From assembly GCA_041659785.1 (NCBI GenBank), contig JBAZXO010000001.1, forward strand, positions 177,649-241,648: a stretch of DNA of 64,000 nucleotides, in the 5' to 3' direction. Origin of the DNA: Minisyncoccota bacterium. Lineage in GTDB: Bacteria; Patescibacteriota; Minisyncoccia; Phycocordibacterales; UBA9973. The notes beneath the pieces are model-generated. The model did not search any database. It was given only the letters and a program-made list of their open reading frames with translations, and was not told the DNA's origin. The position numbers and the translations under genes are program-made. How positions within the stretch are numbered: position 1 is the stretch's first letter; every line of letters begins with the position of its first letter. Positions 63,651 through 64,000 of the stretch are shown here, piece by piece.

Positions 63651-63908
63651 ATGCGAAGCATAGAAGCAAATTATAAAAAAGTTCAAGCTCGAAATCCTAA
63701 TCTTGGAACTCATCCTTGTTTGTGTAGGGCGGTTAGATATAAAAAGTTTTCACGAAAATCCATAGTGAAAGCTTTTAATGAATTGATGCCAGAAAGTGAA
63801 TATGAACAAGATGAGAAAAAAGAGCTGATTGACTATCTAGAGAATCAAACGAACCTAGCTGAGGAGGGCGAAATTAGGGGTAAAAATGCGTTTAGAGCAA
63901 CGAAATAA
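63651..63908 (+). CDS. hypothetical protein, 85 aa
   Basis: ORF preceded by an imperfect long inverted repeat (63560-63625). Confidence 0.3.
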   Translation: MRSIEANYKKVQARNPNLGTHPCLCRAVRYKKFSRKSIVKAFNELMPESEYEQDEKKELIDYLENQTNLAEEGEIRGKNAFRATK

Positions 63909-63913
63909 CAACA

Positions 63914-64000
63914 TGATAAGCATTGAGAGGTGTAAAGAAATATTGGGCGAGAATATGCCAGACTCTGAGGTTGAGAGACTTCGGGAGGTTCTTTACACTA
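63914..64000 (+). CDS. 5' end of an ORF running off the window (MISIERCKEILGENMPDSEVERLREVLYT...)
   Basis: Open frame starting 5 nt after the previous stop. Confidence 0.3.

Overview
This window is 64 kb of low-GC bacterial DNA, roughly one-third G+C by eye. Several features together are consistent with a Candidate Phyla Radiation / Patescibacteria-type genome, though I cannot confirm this without a search. Genes are tightly packed and Shine-Dalgarno motifs are largely absent. Metabolism looks reduced: the transketolase is split into two genes, only the lower half of glycolysis is present, and the pentose-phosphate genes are non-oxidative. There are many very large secreted repeat proteins and some non-canonical tRNAs.

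Recognisable housekeeping genes are lysS, greA, rpsU, ybeY, ftsA, ftsZ, trxB, an orphan response regulator, a GlmU-N-terminal-like nucleotidyltransferase, gdhA, tsaD, valS, a PrsW-like protease, hsp20, an nrdH-like glutaredoxin, lepA, an ABC exporter, a PfkB kinase, split tkt, rpe, rpiB, dapF, a PLP enzyme, gap, dnaE, pth, lepB, hisS, def, fmt, hpf, a P-type ATPase and an MFS transporter. One operon is pps-eno-glycerate kinase-2-hydroxyacid dehydrogenase. I can fold six complete tRNAs: Glu-UUC, Ser-CGA, Val-GAC, Phe-GAA, Arg-CCU and Gly-CCC, plus a possible truncated tRNA-like RNA at the window start.

The accessory content that stands out:
(i) A family of GC-rich nested palindromic repeats, one copy inserted in-frame inside the lepA coding sequence.
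(ii) An 11-C homopolymer sitting in the promoter spacer of a phage-tail-fibre-like surface protein gene, a candidate phase-variation switch.
(iii) A second tail-fibre-like giant protein carrying a peptidase-S74 intramolecular-chaperone domain, next to other large secreted repeat proteins.
(iv) Two compositionally foreign genes, about 45-50% GC, each driven by a textbook TTGACA-17-TAnnnT promoter, one lying beside tRNA-Val.
(v) A beta-mannoside salvage cluster: GH130 phosphorylases, a PMI-type cupin, a eukaryotic-type PMM and a nucleotidyltransferase.
(vi) A terminal islet at 59-64 kb with a Cas4-like PD-(D/E)xK nuclease and a Panacea (DUF4065) domain gene immediately followed by an uncharacterised small ORF. 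The pair is a candidate novel toxin-antitoxin pair. Zinc-ribbon membrane proteins follow.

No CRISPR array, integrase, transposase or reverse transcriptase is visible. RNA coordinates are from manual folding and may be off by a few nucleotides.
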